From NCBI GenBank assembly GCA_965237905.1, contig OZ250172.1, positions 1 to 64,000 on the forward strand: a stretch of DNA of 64,000 nucleotides, in the 5' to 3' direction. The stretch comes from Nitrospinaceae bacterium. GTDB taxonomy: Bacteria; Nitrospinota; Nitrospinia; Nitrospinales; Nitrospinaceae. The translations under genes and the position numbers were made by a program. A model generated the notes under the pieces. It had not been told where the DNA came from, did no database searches, and was given only the letters and a program-made list of their open reading frames with translations. This document shows positions 30,792 through 39,390 of this stretch, piece by piece (within the stretch, counting starts at the first letter, position 1; each line of letters opens with the position of its first letter).

Positions 30792-32843
30792 ATGTTCAAA
30801 AATATTTACATTCCAGTCGATAACTCCGACTACTCGAATGAGTGTGTTGAGCTGGCTTTGCAGTTTGCCAAAGGGTCTGAAGGCACTATCATTTCAGCCA
30901 GTCATGTGTATGCGGCTAAGATGCATGACGTCCGCTTCCGCCAAATGGAGAGCGGCTTGCCCGAGGAATACCAGGACGAACAGGAACTTGAAAAGCAACG
31001 GGCAATCCATGACCAGCTCATCACCAAGGGAATGGAAGTTATTACCGATTCTTACCTGGATGTACCCAAGTACAAAAGTAAGGCGAACAACATTCCCTTT
31101 GTTGGTAAATCACTGGAAGGGCGGAACTGGATCGAACTGGTCCGGGATATCAAAGAGTCCAATTATGATTTGGTTATCATGGGAGCCTTGGGCCTGGGCG
31201 CGATCAAGGACAGTCAGATCGGTACCGTGACCGAGCGGGTGATCCGCCGGATTGAAACCGATACGCTGATCGTCAAACATGTCCCCGCCATTCACGAACA
31301 ACAATCTTCCAGCGACAAAATCGTTGTCGCAGTGGACGGTAGTGGGCAAGCCTATGGTGGTTTAAAAACTGCCATCGACATGGCGAAAGCCCTGAACAAG
31401 CCCATCGAAGTGATCTCCACGTTCGATCCGTATTTTCATTACGCCATGTTCAACAGCCTGACGGGAGTACTCTCCAAAGATGCCGCCAAGGTATTTAAGT
31501 TTGAACAGCAGGAAAAACTGCACGAAGACATCATCGACAAAGGCCTCGCCAAGATTTACCAGTCTCATTTGGAAGTTTCCCGAAAAATGGTGGAAGATGA
31601 GGGAATGGAATGTACCATTCGATTGCTGGACGGCAAGGTGTTTGAAAAAGTCCTGCAGTACGCCCGCGAGGAAAATCCCTATATGCTGATTCTCGGACGC
31701 ATCGGGGTTCACAGCGCACCGGATATGGATATCGGAGGCAATACGGAAAACCTGCTTCGCATGGTGCCGTGCAACGTCTACCTGTCCAGCAGGGTTTATA
31801 AGCCGCCGATTGATATGCTGGCGGAAGAGAGCATCGACTGGACCGCTGAAGCGAAGGAACGGTTGAAGAAAATTCCCGGATTTGTACGCCCCATGGCGAC
31901 TTCCGCGATTCTGCGCTATGCCTTGGAACGCGGTCATAGCATGATCACCTCCGGTGTTATTACCGAAGCGTGTGAAAAGATTCTGCCCGCCGGAGCGATG
32001 CAGGCCATGTACGGCATCGGTGACCAGATGCGCGAGAAGGTGGCCCGGGGCGAAGATCCTCTGGAAGGCATGATCGAGGACCGGAGCCGTGCGATGGAAG
32101 AAAAATTTGCTGAAGAAGTCGCCAAGGTTCAGGATCTAAAGGTTCGGGATCAGAAAACACTTAAATGTAACGAGTGCGGCAGTATCGTGGATGAGGATGT
32201 TGTGAAGTGTGGTGTCTGCGGCGCCGGAGCCGAGAGTTTGTTCGCTATGGACAAATCGGGATTCCAGGCCGACAGTGAAGAGAAGAGCGATTCGACCACC
32301 GTCACCACGTTCGACTCGGTGCAAGTGACTTGGACGCAGGATGCATTGGATTATCTGAATCAGTTCCCCGAAGGCCATATTCGGAGACGCGCCCATGCCC
32401 GTATCGAGAAAAATGCGCGGGTCCAGAAAGTTTCCACCATTTCCGTGGCTTTTGCCAAGGATCTGCTCAACGATAGCCAAGCAGTTGATACCAAGTCAAA
32501 GGATGGCAACGGCAACGGTCATAAAACGGAACAACCTGCAGAAGGTTTTAAAGCCTACGGGGATTTGCCTAAGTTTGAAGGAAAAAATTTCAGTAAAGAC
32601 ATTGAAATTGATCCCACTCAATATTTCTGGTCCGATGATGCGATTGGCCGAATTGAAAAGGTACCGAAGGGCTTCATGAGGGACAATACCATGGAGCGAG
32701 TGCTGGATTACGCCCATTCCCAGAATACGAATAACATCAGTCTGGAGTTTTGTGAAAAAGGGATCGAAGAGTCCGTCAAGGTCATGAACGAATTGGTCAA
32801 AAATGGGGCGACTCTGGAAGATTTTATCCCGCAAAAGAAATAG
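30792..32843 (+). CDS. Multidomain universal stress protein: 2 USP + 3 PCP_red-like repeats + CxxC..CxxC ribbon
   Basis: KNIYIPVD.S / GALG...IGTVTERV and KIVVAVDGS / GRIG...IGGNTENL. Repeats WTAEAKERL..IP.FVR, WTQDAL...FP..HIR and WSDDA..RI.KVP..FMR. CNECG...CGVCG. Confidence 0.85.
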   Translation: MFKNIYIPVDNSDYSNECVELALQFAKGSEGTIISASHVYAAKMHDVRFRQMESGLPEEYQDEQELEKQRAIHDQLITKGMEVITDSYLDVPKYKSKANNIPFVGKSLEGRNWIELVRDIKESNYDLVIMGALGLGAIKDSQIGTVTERVIRRIETDTLIVKHVPAIHEQQSSSDKIVVAVDGSGQAYGGLKTAIDMAKALNKPIEVISTFDPYFHYAMFNSLTGVLSKDAAKVFKFEQQEKLHEDIIDKGLAKIYQSHLEVSRKMVEDEGMECTIRLLDGKVFEKVLQYAREENPYMLILGRIGVHSAPDMDIGGNTENLLRMVPCNVYLSSRVYKPPIDMLAEESIDWTAEAKERLKKIPGFVRPMATSAILRYALERGHSMITSGVITEACEKILPAGAMQAMYGIGDQMREKVARGEDPLEGMIEDRSRAMEEKFAEEVAKVQDLKVRDQKTLKCNECGSIVDEDVVKCGVCGAGAESLFAMDKSGFQADSEEKSDSTTVTTFDSVQVTWTQDALDYLNQFPEGHIRRRAHARIEKNARVQKVSTISVAFAKDLLNDSQAVDTKSKDGNGNGHKTEQPAEGFKAYGDLPKFEGKNFSKDIEIDPTQYFWSDDAIGRIEKVPKGFMRDNTMERVLDYAHSQNTNNISLEFCEKGIEESVKVMNELVKNGATLEDFIPQKK

Positions 32844-32918
32844 ATTCGGAACACAATCCCAGTCCAACCCCCGGTTGGATTTTCTGAAAAGTCTCCGAAT
32901 TGCCAACATTTTAAGTCC

Positions 32919-32967
32919 AAACCCCTGTTTCGTTGTATCGCTTATGACGGGCAGGGGTTTTTCTTTT
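32919..32967 (+). terminator. Intrinsic terminator of usp
   Basis: AAACCCCTGTTTCGTTGTA...TATGACGGGCAGGGGTTT followed by a T-rich tail. Confidence 0.75.
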
Positions 32968-33059
32968 CCCTTTGATTTCGCCTTCCTAAAATCTTCCACT
33001 ACAGCTTATAATACTTAGATGGATTTTAAACTCTATAAACGCCTGCTTCGCAATCTCAT
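32945..33059 (+). repeat. Direct repeat copy 1 (msbA promoter plus first ~14 codons)
   Basis: 115 bp matching 33649-33762 with 1 indel and 3 substitutions by manual alignment. Confidence 0.97.
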
Positions 33060-33080
33060 GCTGGCTTATCAGATCAAGAA

Positions 33081-33554
33081 ATGCGAGTCACAGCTTTGAT
33101 TTGGTTACGAACCACCATTTTGTCGTTCGCTTGCGTTATACCTCTGGCGTGCTTCGAGGAGGCACAGGATGCCGACAGGGTGGCAACACACACCCATCCC
33201 AACGGACTGAGGATCGCCGCACCGGAGCGCTTTGCGGTTACCGAAATAACCGATGGGTTCCAGCTTCGACCGGCCAGTAACGATCGTTTGATTGATGAAA
33301 CTGTCATTGAGGTTCACAGCACACCACCGACAGCAACCAGCGATATCCAAACGAAGTCGACGGACGCGGGCCAAGTCACCTACACCATCCAGGCACTGGG
33401 TAGTGGATCAGGTGGCACCGAGTATGCGCTGACAGCATGGCGTCCAATAGGCAAGCGCTGGACCGTCATGACGGCTGTGCAACAGCGGGAATGGGGCAAA
33501 CCGGGTTTTGCAGAGGCCTGGAAAATGTTCGAGACGGCCACTTTATCAAAGTGA
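33081..33554 (+). CDS. Tsi3-like T6SS immunity lipoprotein (orphan)
   Basis: Lipobox-like PLAC; THPNGL, GF, GSGGTEY.L, RW and G.P.F..AW motifs collinear with my recollection of P. aeruginosa Tsi3. Confidence 0.75.
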   Translation: MRVTALIWLRTTILSFACVIPLACFEEAQDADRVATHTHPNGLRIAAPERFAVTEITDGFQLRPASNDRLIDETVIEVHSTPPTATSDIQTKSTDAGQVTYTIQALGSGSGGTEYALTAWRPIGKRWTVMTAVQQREWGKPGFAEAWKMFETATLSK

Positions 33555-33648
33555 AATAGAGAGTGGGAGGTCACCGGCGCTGAGTCGCTCCAAGGCCGCG
33601 CCACTTTCTTGAGTCATACAAGCGGTAGACTAGTTTGTGGTCTAATAT

Positions 33649-33762
33649 TGACGGGCGGGGTTTTTCTTTTCCCTTTGATTTCGTCTTCCTAAAATCTTCC
33701 ACTACAGCTTATAATACTTAGATGGATTTTAAACTCTATAAACGCCTGCTCCGCAACCTCAT
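33649..33762 (+). repeat. Direct repeat copy 2 (functional msbA promoter and 5' end)
   Basis: 114 bp match to 32945-33059. Confidence 0.97.
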
Positions 33763-35449
33763 TCCCTATAAAGGAAAAGTCATTATTGTTCTGGTGACCT
33801 CGGTCATCGTGGGAGTTCTTTCCACGTCGCCTGTCCCTCTGGTTAAAGAAGCATTGGATAAGATTTTCATTGATAAAGACACCTTCATGCTGAATGTCAT
33901 CCCACTGGCTCTCGTCGTCCTCTATATCATCAAGGGCGGTCTCCGGTATTTTCAGAGTTGTTTGATTTTCAGGATCGGATGGGAATTGGTGGCGAAATTC
34001 AGGATAGATATTTTTAGACATATCCATAAGCTTCCCTATGGCTTTTTTGAGAAGGATACCACCGGAAAATTAATGTCTCGGGCGGTGAATGATGTCAATG
34101 TCATGCTGTTGACCCTGGCTCGGCATGTGAAAGACGCCCTGCAAAACATCGTTATGTTTCTGGGATTGATGTTCTGGGTTTTTTATCTCAAATGGGATTG
34201 GGCCCTGATCGCCATTTTTGTGATTCCCTTCGCCCTGATCCCCGTTTCTACCGTAGGAAAAAAACTGCGGCATTTGGGAAGAAGAGGGCAGGAGATCATC
34301 GCCGACATCACCTCCACCATGCTGGAATCTTTCTCAGGAGTCAAAATCGTCCGCGCCTTCGGCCTGGAAAAAATTGAAGAGAAAAAACTCGATAGAGACA
34401 ATCAGGCCTTCCTCGAAAATATGAGAAAAAATGTCAAATACACTGAATTAACCTCACCTCTGATGGAAGTTCTGGGTGTGGTAGGGGGGTCCGCCGTTCT
34501 CTGGTATGGCGGGTTTCAGGTCATGAGCGGGGAAGTGACTCAGGGAACCTTCTTCGCATTTATATTGGGGATGTTCATGATGTATGATCCCATGCGGGTT
34601 TTGTTCAAGCTCTATACGGACGTTCAAATCGCCTTAGCCGCTTCCGAACGGGTTTATTCCCTTCTTGATGAAGAACCGGAAAAAATGCGGGAGGGGAAAA
34701 TGAATATGACTGGGTTTCAGCATCAGATCGAATACAAAAATGTTTCGTTCAAATATCCGTCGCGGGAGACGATGGTTCTTAAAAATATCAACCTGACGGT
34801 GAACAAATCCGATGTCCTCGCAATCGTGGGAATGAGCGGCGCCGGGAAAAGCACCCTGGCGGACCTTCTGTTCAAGTTTTTTATCGTGACCGAAGGGGAG
34901 ATCCTGATCGACGGGGAAAATATCAATGATTTGAACAGTCATTCCCTGAGAAGCAACATTGCTTTGGTCACCCAGGAAACGTTCTTGTTCAACGATACCA
35001 TTTTGGCCAATATCCAGTTTGGCAACCCTACCGCTACCCGCGAGGAAGTAATGGATGCCGCCAAAGCAGCTCATGTGGATATTTTTGTCCGCCACTTGGA
35101 TGATAATTACGATACCGTTATCGGCGAGCGAGGCGTCATGCTTTCCGGGGGGCAACGGCAGAGAATCGCCATTGCCCGTGCCATTTTGAGAAATGCGCCG
35201 ATTCTGGTGCTCGACGAGGCCACCTCTGCACTGGATTCGGAATCCGAAAAACTGGTTCAGGATGCCCTGCACCGCCTGATGGAACATCGGACTACATTCG
35301 TCATCGCTCACCGGTTGTCCACCATTAAAAGTGCCGATCGTATTATTGTCATGGACCAGGGAGAAATCATCGGTTCCGGCACCCACGAGGAATTGATGGT
35401 CGACTGCGCTCAATACCAGAAGTATTATGAGATGCAGGTCATGGGTTAA
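33722..35449 (+). CDS. msbA: ABC exporter, MsbA-like (TMD + NBD)
   Basis: TM domain, GMSGAGKST, LSGGQRQR, LDEATSALD, IAHRLST. Confidence 0.8.
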   Translation: MDFKLYKRLLRNLIPYKGKVIIVLVTSVIVGVLSTSPVPLVKEALDKIFIDKDTFMLNVIPLALVVLYIIKGGLRYFQSCLIFRIGWELVAKFRIDIFRHIHKLPYGFFEKDTTGKLMSRAVNDVNVMLLTLARHVKDALQNIVMFLGLMFWVFYLKWDWALIAIFVIPFALIPVSTVGKKLRHLGRRGQEIIADITSTMLESFSGVKIVRAFGLEKIEEKKLDRDNQAFLENMRKNVKYTELTSPLMEVLGVVGGSAVLWYGGFQVMSGEVTQGTFFAFILGMFMMYDPMRVLFKLYTDVQIALAASERVYSLLDEEPEKMREGKMNMTGFQHQIEYKNVSFKYPSRETMVLKNINLTVNKSDVLAIVGMSGAGKSTLADLLFKFFIVTEGEILIDGENINDLNSHSLRSNIALVTQETFLFNDTILANIQFGNPTATREEVMDAAKAAHVDIFVRHLDDNYDTVIGERGVMLSGGQRQRIAIARAILRNAPILVLDEATSALDSESEKLVQDALHRLMEHRTTFVIAHRLSTIKSADRIIVMDQGEIIGSGTHEELMVDCAQYQKYYEMQVMG

Positions 35450-35477
35450 GTTCAGTGAACCTTGCTTACACTAACGT

Positions 35478-36523
35478 ATGCGCTTCGAAAAAGTTTACAT
35501 AGAGTCGTTGGGTTACCATTTACCCGAAAATGTCGTGACTTCGGATGATCTGGAACGACGTCTTTCGCCTCTCTATGAGAAGCTGAAACTTCCGTTCGGG
35601 CGGCTGGAAATGATGAGCGGTATCCGGGAGCGCCGGTTTTTTGAAAAAGGCGTGTTCCCCAGCCAAGTCAGTTCCCTTGCCGGAGAACACGCCCTCTCCA
35701 AAACGGATGTGGACCGCAAGCATGTCGGTTGCCTCATCTCCGGTTCTGTATGCCGCGATTTTCTGGAGCCCGCCACCGCTTCGATCATTCATCACAATTT
35801 AAAATTGCCGAATGATTCTCACGTGTTTGATATTTCCAATGCCTGCCTGGGAGTGCTCAACGGCATGGTGCATGTGGCGAACATGATCGAAATGGGACAG
35901 ATTCGGGCTGGCCTGATCGTGTCGGGAGAAAACGGCGGACCGCTCGTCGATACCACTATAGAAACGTTACTGGCCGATCCCAATCCAACCCGCGCCAAGA
36001 TCAATCCGCTTTTGCTTCAATGACCATCGGTTCCGCGGCGGTGGCGGTTTTACTGGTGCACAAGGATCTTTCCAGCAAGGGGCATCGGTTGGTGGGCGCT
36101 GTCGGACGGGCGGAGACGCGCTTCAATGAATTGTGCCAGGGCAGTGAAGATATGGGAATGGGTGCCGACTCTTCTCCGCTTATGGAGACCGACTCGGAGA
36201 CGCTGATGAAAGAGGGATGCCAGCTGGCGAAAGATACGTGGGATATCACGAAGTCCGAGTTCGGCTGGAAGAACCAGGATGTGGACAAAGTGTTTTGTCA
36301 TCAGGTCGGACATATTCACCGGAAACTGCTGTACGAAACTCTGGGACTGGATTTGAAGAAGGATTTTTCCACCCTGGAATATCTCGGCAATACCGGATCA
36401 GCCGCATTGCCCGTCACCCTTGCCATCGGTGAAGAAAAAGGGGCTGTTCAAAAAGGTGATTCCGTGGCCTTGCTGGGAATCGGCAGTGGACTCAACTGCC
36501 TGATGATGGGCGTGGAATGGTGA
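35478..36523 (+). pseudogene. oleA: OleA-like 3-oxoacyl-ACP synthase III/thiolase family protein, split by a 1-nt frameshift near 36003 (possible sequencing error)
   Basis: DFLEPATA (Glu) and SNACLG (Cys) in the first ORF; CHQVG and GNTG in the second. Adding one A at ATC AA TCC gives KIKSAFASMTIGS and joins them. Confidence 0.8.
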
Positions 36524-37407
36524 GTGGATTTTCGATAGAACCGTTTCGCGATTTGTATCCCTTCGAATCCCGGTTCATCGAGCTCGGCTCCCACCGCCTG
36601 CACTACCTTGACGAAGGGCAGGGCGATCCTCTCCTCATGCTTCACGGCAACCCCACCTGGTCATTTTATTACCGTAACCTGATCAAGGGACTGCGAAGCC
36701 AGTTCCGATGCGTGGTGCCGGACCATATGGGGTGCGGATTGTCCGACAAGCCGCAGGAGTACAACTACACACTCTCGCAACACATCGATAACCTGGCAAG
36801 ATTGATCGATCATCTGAAGCTCGATAACATAACCCTGGTGGTGCACGATTGGGGTGGAGCCATCGGAATGGGATTTGCTGTGCGGCATCCCGATAAAATC
36901 AAACGGCTCGTTTTTTTCAACACCTCCGCTTTTCTTGCCGACCGCATTCCTTTCAGTATCAACCTGTGCCGGAATTCAATTATTGGTCCGCTGGCCATTT
37001 TGAGGTTTAACCTGTTTGCTGCATTGGGGGCGTCGTGGGCCAGTAAAGTACGGGGACGCATGAGAGGCAAGGTTCGCAAAGGGTATCTGGCGCCCTACAA
37101 TTCTCCCGAGAACCGCATTGCCAACTTGAGATTCGTGCAGGATATTCCTATGACGCCCGATATTCCCAGCTACCCGGTGATCGAGCAGATTGAATCCCAG
37201 CTGGGCTACTTCCGGGACCGTCCAGTGTTGATCATCTGGGGCATGCGGGACTTCTGTTTCACGGATTACTTTCTCGACCGATGGAAAAAATATTTCCCGA
37301 ACGCAGAGGTGCATGAGGTGGAGCAGGCGGGTCATTACGTGGTGGAAGACGCCGATGAGGAAATCATTCCCTGGCTGATCCAATTTTTAAAAAATCATCC
37401 AATTTAA
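36517..37407 (+). CDS. oleB: OleB-like / haloalkane dehalogenase family alpha/beta hydrolase
   Basis: LHGNPTWSFYYR, PDHMGCGLSDKP, VHDWGG, WGMRD, AGHYVVED; overlaps the oleA stop. Confidence 0.75.
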   Translation: MVSGFSIEPFRDLYPFESRFIELGSHRLHYLDEGQGDPLLMLHGNPTWSFYYRNLIKGLRSQFRCVVPDHMGCGLSDKPQEYNYTLSQHIDNLARLIDHLKLDNITLVVHDWGGAIGMGFAVRHPDKIKRLVFFNTSAFLADRIPFSINLCRNSIIGPLAILRFNLFAALGASWASKVRGRMRGKVRKGYLAPYNSPENRIANLRFVQDIPMTPDIPSYPVIEQIESQLGYFRDRPVLIIWGMRDFCFTDYFLDRWKKYFPNAEVHEVEQAGHYVVEDADEEIIPWLIQFLKNHPI

Positions 37408-37746
37408 ATGAAAAAAATGAAAATAGAGTTTTTATATTTTGCGAATTGTCCAAATTATTTGCTCGCTTTGGATATTTTGGATGAGGTTTTAAATGATGAG
37501 AACCTTGAGTGGCCGGTTGAAATGATTCTTGTGAACACTAATGAGACTGCGGTCTCGCAAAAATTTTTAGGTTCCCCATCGATTCGGATCTGCGGAGAAG
37601 ATCTGGAATATTCCCCAGGCGAGGAAAAGGAGTATGGCTTGAAATGCCGGGTCTATCAGGCGGATGGCAGAACTCAGGGATTTCCCCCGGGAAAATTGGT
37701 TAGGTCTGCGATTCAGAGGGCCAAGGCGAAAGAACCATCTGGGTGA
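37408..37746 (+). CDS. Small thioredoxin-fold protein (DF/DUF2703-like)
   Basis: IEFLYFANCPN, FLGSPSIRI.G.D, CRVY. Confidence 0.65.
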   Translation: MKKMKIEFLYFANCPNYLLALDILDEVLNDENLEWPVEMILVNTNETAVSQKFLGSPSIRICGEDLEYSPGEEKEYGLKCRVYQADGRTQGFPPGKLVRSAIQRAKAKEPSG

Positions 37747-37804
37747 GCCTCTTGAGTTCTATTTCGTTGAGTCTGTTTAAAGTTAGCTTATCGATAGAGG
37801 CAAT

Positions 37805-37839
37805 AAAAAAACGGCGCTCCCAAATGGGAACGCCGTTTT
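37805..37839. terminator. Bidirectional intrinsic terminator
   Basis: AAAAAAACGGCGCTCCCA-AA-TGGGAACGCCGTTTT between convergent genes. Confidence 0.85.
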
Positions 37840-37860
37840 GTGTTTGATTGATACGGGTGT

Positions 37861-39168
37861 TCAGTACCTATAATGGTCGGGTTTGTACGGGCCTTCGACT
37901 GGAAGGTTCAGATACTTGGCTTGCTTGCCGGTCAACTTCGTCAGCTTGACGCCCAGTTTTCCGAGGTGCAGGCGCGCCACTTCTTCGTCCAGTTTCTTGG
38001 GTAATACATAAACGCCCAATTCATATTTCTTGGTGAACAGTTCGATTTGCGCCAGCACCTGATTGGTGAAGGAGTTGGACATGACGAACGAAGGATGCCC
38101 GGTGGCGCAACCCAGATTCACCAACCGGCCTTCCGCCAGTAGGACGATGCAATGCCCGTCCGGAAACGTATACTTGTCCACCTGCGGTTTGATTTCCTCT
38201 TTTTTGATACCGGGGAAATTATTCAATTTTTCCACCTGAATTTCGCAATCGAAGTGGCCGATGTTGCAAACGATGGCCGTGTCCTTCATCTTTTCCATGT
38301 GATCGATGCGTATGATGTCTTCACAGCCGGTAGTGGTGACGTAAATATCACCTTCTGCGATGGCGTTTTCCATAGTGGTGACTTCAAAACCTTCCATCGC
38401 CGCCTGCAGGGCACAGATGGGATCGATTTCCGTGACCAGGACGCGTCCGCCATACGACCGCATGGAGTGCGCGCATCCCTTACCGACATCGCCGTAACCG
38501 GCGATCACGATCACCTTGCCGGCGATCATCACGTCGGTGGCGCGTTTGATGCCGTCCGCCAGCGATTCGCGGCAACCGTACAGGTTGTCGAATTTCGATT
38601 TGGTAACGGAATCATTGACGTTCATCGCGGGCAATTTAAGTGTTCCGTCCTCGATCATTTTATAAAGCTTGTGCACGCCGGTGGTGGTTTCCTCGGTCAC
38701 GCCCTTGATACCCGCCAGCAGTTCGGGATGTTTTTCATGCACGTAGCCGGTCAGATCTCCGCCGTCGTCGAGAATCATATTCGGACCCTGGTCGTTATCG
38801 AACGGGAGGGTTTGCGCGGTGCACCACCAGTATTCTTCTTCGGTTTCGCCTTTCCACGCGAAAACTGGAATTCCCGCTTTGGCCATAGCCGCCGCGGCGT
38901 GATCCTGCGTCGAGAAAATATTGCAGGAGGCCCATCGGACTTCGGCACCCAGTTCAATGAGGGTCTCCATCAACACCGCCGTCTGGATGGTCATGTGGAG
39001 GGAGCCGGCGATGCGGGCGCCTTTCAGTGGTTTGCTTTTACCATATTTTTCACGCAGGGCCATCAGACCGGGCATTTCCTTTTCCGCGAGAATAATTTCC
39101 TGGCGGCCCCAGTCGGCCAGCGACAGGTCCTTAACTTTGTATTTTTCTGAGACAACCGTCGAGGTCAT
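37861..39168 (-). CDS. ahcY: Adenosylhomocysteinase
   Basis: [42 protein letters not shown]. Confidence 0.98.
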   Translation of the reverse strand: MTSTVVSEKYKVKDLSLADWGRQEIILAEKEMPGLMALREKYGKSKPLKGARIAGSLHMTIQTAVLMETLIELGAEVRWASCNIFSTQDHAAAAMAKAGIPVFAWKGETEEEYWWCTAQTLPFDNDQGPNMILDDGGDLTGYVHEKHPELLAGIKGVTEETTTGVHKLYKMIEDGTLKLPAMNVNDSVTKSKFDNLYGCRESLADGIKRATDVMIAGKVIVIAGYGDVGKGCAHSMRSYGGRVLVTEIDPICALQAAMEGFEVTTMENAIAEGDIYVTTTGCEDIIRIDHMEKMKDTAIVCNIGHFDCEIQVEKLNNFPGIKKEEIKPQVDKYTFPDGHCIVLLAEGRLVNLGCATGHPSFVMSNSFTNQVLAQIELFTKKYELGVYVLPKKLDEEVARLHLGKLGVKLTKLTGKQAKYLNLPVEGPYKPDHYRY

Positions 39169-39390
39169 TTAATTCTCCTTATCAATTCATTAAAGTAATG
39201 GGTACTTTCAACAGGTTGCCGATCTCGTGTTCGGTGAAGGCAATCCTTGGTAATTCAAGTGTGTATGTTTTTCCGGGGGCCATGGGGAAGTCTGGATGAC
39301 TCTGCCATATAGGATACATTGTAACAGTGAGCGTGTGTTTCGTCCACTTGAAAACCGGGCTAATGGAAGTGAAGGCATGAAAGATGTCAG

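Noticed and set aside
37810..37820. AACGGCGCTC, resembling part of the SAH riboswitch, next to ahcY
   Set aside because: It lies downstream of ahcY on the wrong strand and is one arm of the terminator.
38152..39150. 332-aa plus-strand ORF
   Set aside because: Antisense shadow of codon-biased ahcY.
39169..39346. SAH/SAM riboswitch in the ahcY leader (promoter TGGACG-17-TACAAT, ~140-nt leader with a hairpin and short uORF)
   Set aside because: No recognisable conserved riboswitch core by eye; an Rfam scan would settle it.
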